A program made the translations under genes and the position numbers. A stretch of 64,000 bases of DNA from Haliotis cracherodii (Eukaryota), in contig NW_027266286.1 of the NCBI RefSeq assembly GCF_022045235.1, positions 27,156,001-27,220,000 of the forward strand, written 5' to 3'. The notes under the pieces are model-generated. The model was given only the letters and a program-made list of their open reading frames with translations, was not told the origin of the DNA and did not search any database. This document shows, piece by piece, positions 60,680-64,000 of this stretch. Each line of letters opens with the position of its first letter. Positions within the stretch are counted from its first letter, which is position 1.

Positions 60680-61260
60680 GGTGTGTTGTGTAATATTCCA
60701 GCAATATGATGGTGGCCTGTAAATAAGCAAATCTGGACCAGACAATCCTGTGATTGGTACTATGATTTTGTTTGTTTATTGATAACACCGCACTCAGCAG
60801 TATTCCAGCTATATGACGGCGGTCTGTAAATAATCGAGTCTGGACCAGACAATCTAGTTAATGATGTCATGAACATCGATCCATTCAATTGGGATATGAT
60901 GACATGCATCAACTAAGTCAGCGAGTCTGACCACCCGATCCTGTTAGTCGCCTTTTACGACAAGCATTGTCACCTTTTACGGCAAGCATGGGTTGCTGAA
61001 GACCTATTCTACCCCAGAATCTTCACGGGCCAGATAGGGTAGTGAATAGTGTATAGTGTAGTGAGCCTGACCACCCAATCCCGTTAGTTGCCTCCTACGA
61101 CGAGCATAGTCACCTCTTACGGAAAGCATGGTCTGGTGCTATGAATAATGTCAAGGTAGCATGACACATCATCAAGCTAGTCTCTGTGTCTGATCACCTA
61201 ATGCATTAAGTCCCATTAGACAAGCATAGGTTGCTGGTGAGCGATTCTAATTTGAAATAC
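60680..61260 (-). mobile_element. Nested family B cluster: old copy split by a younger composite insertion (60766-61133)
   Basis: Full copy at 60767-61030, partial copy at 61060-61130, flanking TGGTRCTATGA at 60755-60765 and 61134-61144. Confidence 0.75.
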
Positions 61261-62959
61261 TCAAATAAGATCGTAACGAAGTGAAATAAACAAAGTAGGT
61301 TGAGAAATTGAAAAATTAATATATTTAGAGCTTATCAATGCACTTATATATTCCTAGGCTGTTAGATTGATAAGAATTTAAACAGCCCTCAAGATAAGCA
61401 TTAAACTTAACAAATAACAAAGTTACATTGACAATCTCAAATAGCCTTTGAGAGTTACACCAAAAAAAGTTTTAAATATTGCCACACGCCCATGTGTTTA
61501 TATAATTAAATTGTTTAAACATTCTTGCAAAGGAGATTGCGAAAATCTAGGCCCAGTAAAAAGTACAACTTCCTGCGGTAGTCATATATCTAAGAATTTT
61601 GTCACCACAGTCATTGACTGCCTTTCCTGTGGCAGACATGTCGGCTTGTGTGGGCAGAGGAAGACGAACTATGACTGGTCTATTTAAAGCACGTAGAATT
61701 GCATATTACAATTTCTTTGAAGTGCGTCCATTAAACAAATTTTTTTCTTTTCTTTTGAAACGGATGTAGAGGTATAAAAATATTTGAAAGTTCATTTGCT
61801 TTTTGCAACAAAGTATACGACATATATGTAATAGCAAATGGTAGCGAAGAAAGGGGTATATAGAGATTATCGCTTCCAATGTTTCAATTTGGGCTAGTTC
61901 ATTATATTTTCTTGTTTGATATAGATTCAAGGTCAATATTTTAAGTTGCTGGAGGCAAATTAGAGAGAATAAGAAATGTTATCAGGGTTGATTTGCTACT
62001 GATTTCATAATAAATACCTCTTGACGTACATGACAAACATATCTTTCAACTTTTGCACCATTTACAGTCAACTCTTCGGTAAAACAAGAAATGTGCCGTG
62101 TCTAGCTTAATAGATTTGAAATTCATCAATAGCGTAATTGCATGTATATTTTTATCAATAAAATTGAATTTTATCAAAATTCTGTTAAGTGGGAGAAATA
62201 AAGTGAATAAAAACAACAGACACACAAGTCCAAACTGTTTAGTTCCACTCCGCAGCCCAAAACATTTCTATAAGTATGACAAAGTGTTTGAAAAAAAACA
62301 TGTCAGGCAACGAAAAACATCAGTATTCAGTGTCACGACTGGGAGTTAGACAATCAGCTATACAAGAATGTAATAAATCTGCCAATGTCGTTGCCAGTCC
62401 CATACATTTCTGGGTGATAATGTGTAGCAAGGTGTGGACCCGTAAATAAGACAGAATTTTTTACCATGAGGGAGTTAATCACACCAGTATACGGTAAAGT
62501 GATGATTCTGTTGCAGTATCATCGTCATCTTGTCATCACTTATTTACCAACTGACTTAACTTACACAGCCTGTTATTGTCAACCACTTTTTACGTTGCGT
62601 TGCTTTTTTAAGCCAACAGCCAAAATGTCTGCACAAATGATGAGTTACACTTCGGTCTCATGGTTTTTTAATACTGGCATTACGTTTTCAATGACATCCT
62701 ATGTTGAAAGATCTGTAAGTAGATTTAGTGAACATTTTTATTGGATATGAAGGGGTAAGTTCTTGTTGATCAAATAGCAGGCGATATTATACATGTACAA
62801 TGATTGATGATAATTTGATGTTAGTATTTTAAGTGCTGGAATTTGATGATAGTGTCACTCAGTACCAAAGCCTCGTATTTGTGTGATGTCAGTGTAAGTA
62901 ATTAGTTACTCACAAAGGAATGAGTTCGGGATTAAGTCAGATCACTGCGATCTGACTTT

Positions 62960-63190
62960 CCCCATCAATCAGCTTCTTACAGGGTGGAGAAGAATGGGTG
63001 TGTCAGGAAGCGAGAGGGTTGGGTGGGAGAGGTTAGGTGTATGCTTGTGATTTATCGCGTGGTCATGTTCAGTGCGGGTCTGGAACAATATGGAGGCGCC
63101 TGGACCGGTACCATGGATGAAGAGGGGCCAAGGTTGATCATTGGTGTGCTTGAACATCTTTTGGAGGAGACAGTTGATAGATTTATATGG
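62960..63190 (-). mobile_element. Possible old LINE ORF2 C-terminal fragment
   Basis: SILFQTRTEH...NH resembles the RLRTGH..LN.HL motif preceding the C-terminal zinc knuckle of many LINE ORF2s. Confidence 0.3.
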
Positions 63191-63324
63191 CCATCAAGTT
63201 ATTAATTTAACATATGTATACACATGTATAGGTCAGAGAGTCAGAAATGGAAAAGCAAAAGAATGAGAATCCTTGTCCTTAGTTTGCAATGAAATCATTC
63301 TCATTTTACACTTAGTGACCACAT

Positions 63325-63640
63325 GATGAAAGTGAGGACAGTGATGATAATGAGAACATGTGATAACAATGACAAAAGCAAAGATGATGATGATGATAAC
63401 ATGTGATGAAATGACATATGCAATGATGATGATGATGACGATGATGATGAGAACATGTTGACAATGACATATGCAATGATGATGATGATGTTTTGACAGT
63501 GACATATGCAATGATGATGATGATGAGAACATGTGATGACAATGACGTATGCAATGATGATGATGATGAGAACGTTATGACAATGACAAAAGGAAAGATA
63601 ATGATGATGATAACATGTGATGACAATGTCAAAAGCAAAG
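63325..63640. repeat. Degenerate ~40-bp repeat containing (ATG)n
   Basis: (ATG)n-AGAACATGTGATGACAATGACATATGCA-like unit repeated about 7 times. Confidence 0.85.
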
Positions 63641-63654
63641 ATGCTGGTGATTGT

Positions 63655-63870
63655 ATGTTATATCTGCATAAAGGAACTGCATGTACAACTGTAAAACATC
63701 TGCTCGCACTGTCTCGCATTGCAGAACATGTGGTAAACTGGTGCAGCACAACCAAGACCTTGTTTCACACCGGAAGGATAACGGAACCCCCTTGGGTATT
63801 GTCACGAGACATACATTTTATGTAGCGACACATTCCTACAAACTTCTCAAAATCACATTACCCCATTCAT
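63655..63870 (-). pseudogene. Degenerate non-LTR retrotransposon RT fragment (RTE/CR1-like)
   Basis: Minus strand: EKFVGMCR, SGVKQG..CAAP (GVKQGCVLAP-like, 63758-63772) and FLYAD (63662-63676), in the correct order. Confidence 0.5.
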
Positions 63871-64000
63871 GGTTAGGCGTCCTCTTTGTTCTAACAGCAT
63901 GCATCCTGGATATGATACTGTCCATACAACTATGTCCCATATTGTCGACATCCAACAATCATATCACTGACAGTTTATTGTTGGATGGCTATGGAATTTG

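Larger units (their letters stand above)
28411..64000 (+). other. Probable first intron of the spondin-like gene (no exon 2 recognised in window)
   Basis: GTGAGT donor; no downstream phase-1 exon continuing the reeler domain was found by eye. Confidence 0.55.

Noticed and set aside
63233-63825. His-, Ile-, Met- and Asp-rich ORFs
   Set aside because: Translations of (ATG)n low-complexity repeats.
1-64000. A novel multi-gene protein system (defence, toxin or operon-like)
   Set aside because: No intact multi-gene cluster exists; apart from one exon and transposon relics the window is non-coding animal DNA.

Overview
Eukaryotic (animal) genomic DNA, AT-rich and repeat-dense. The repeat repertoire looks molluscan, possibly a gastropod such as abalone (inference from memory, not a database result). 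There is one 136-N assembly gap. The only host coding sequence I can support is the first coding exon of an F-spondin/spondin-1-like gene (28188..28410, +; signal peptide plus start of the reeler domain). It has a CRE/GC-box/CCAAT promoter upstream and a first intron apparently >35 kb, as I found no exon 2. The rest is interspersed and tandem repeats: at least four short retroposon families (A: tRNA-Asp-like head; B: non-tRNA, pseudoknot-forming head; C: tRNA head plus Meta/MESC-like core; D: tRNA-Leu-like head), a CORE-SINE-like copy, a dead Tc1 transposon, several MITE families, a Helentron/HINE-like element with ~170-bp repeats, Penelope-like hammerhead remnants, old LINE fragments and about ten mini/microsatellites. 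Nearly all ORFs in the track are repeat-derived or chance. Best leads: (1) family B, whose TSD-bounded copies start at (or within 1 nt of) the first base of a predicted pseudoknot and lack Pol III boxes (candidate structured or self-cleaving 5' RNA); (2) families A-D share a 3' module, a 6-bp stem with an exactly 24-nt spacer and a compensatory base change; (3) inverted hammerhead-like motifs; (4) a sharp CpG-depletion boundary near 41.7 kb inside the intron.
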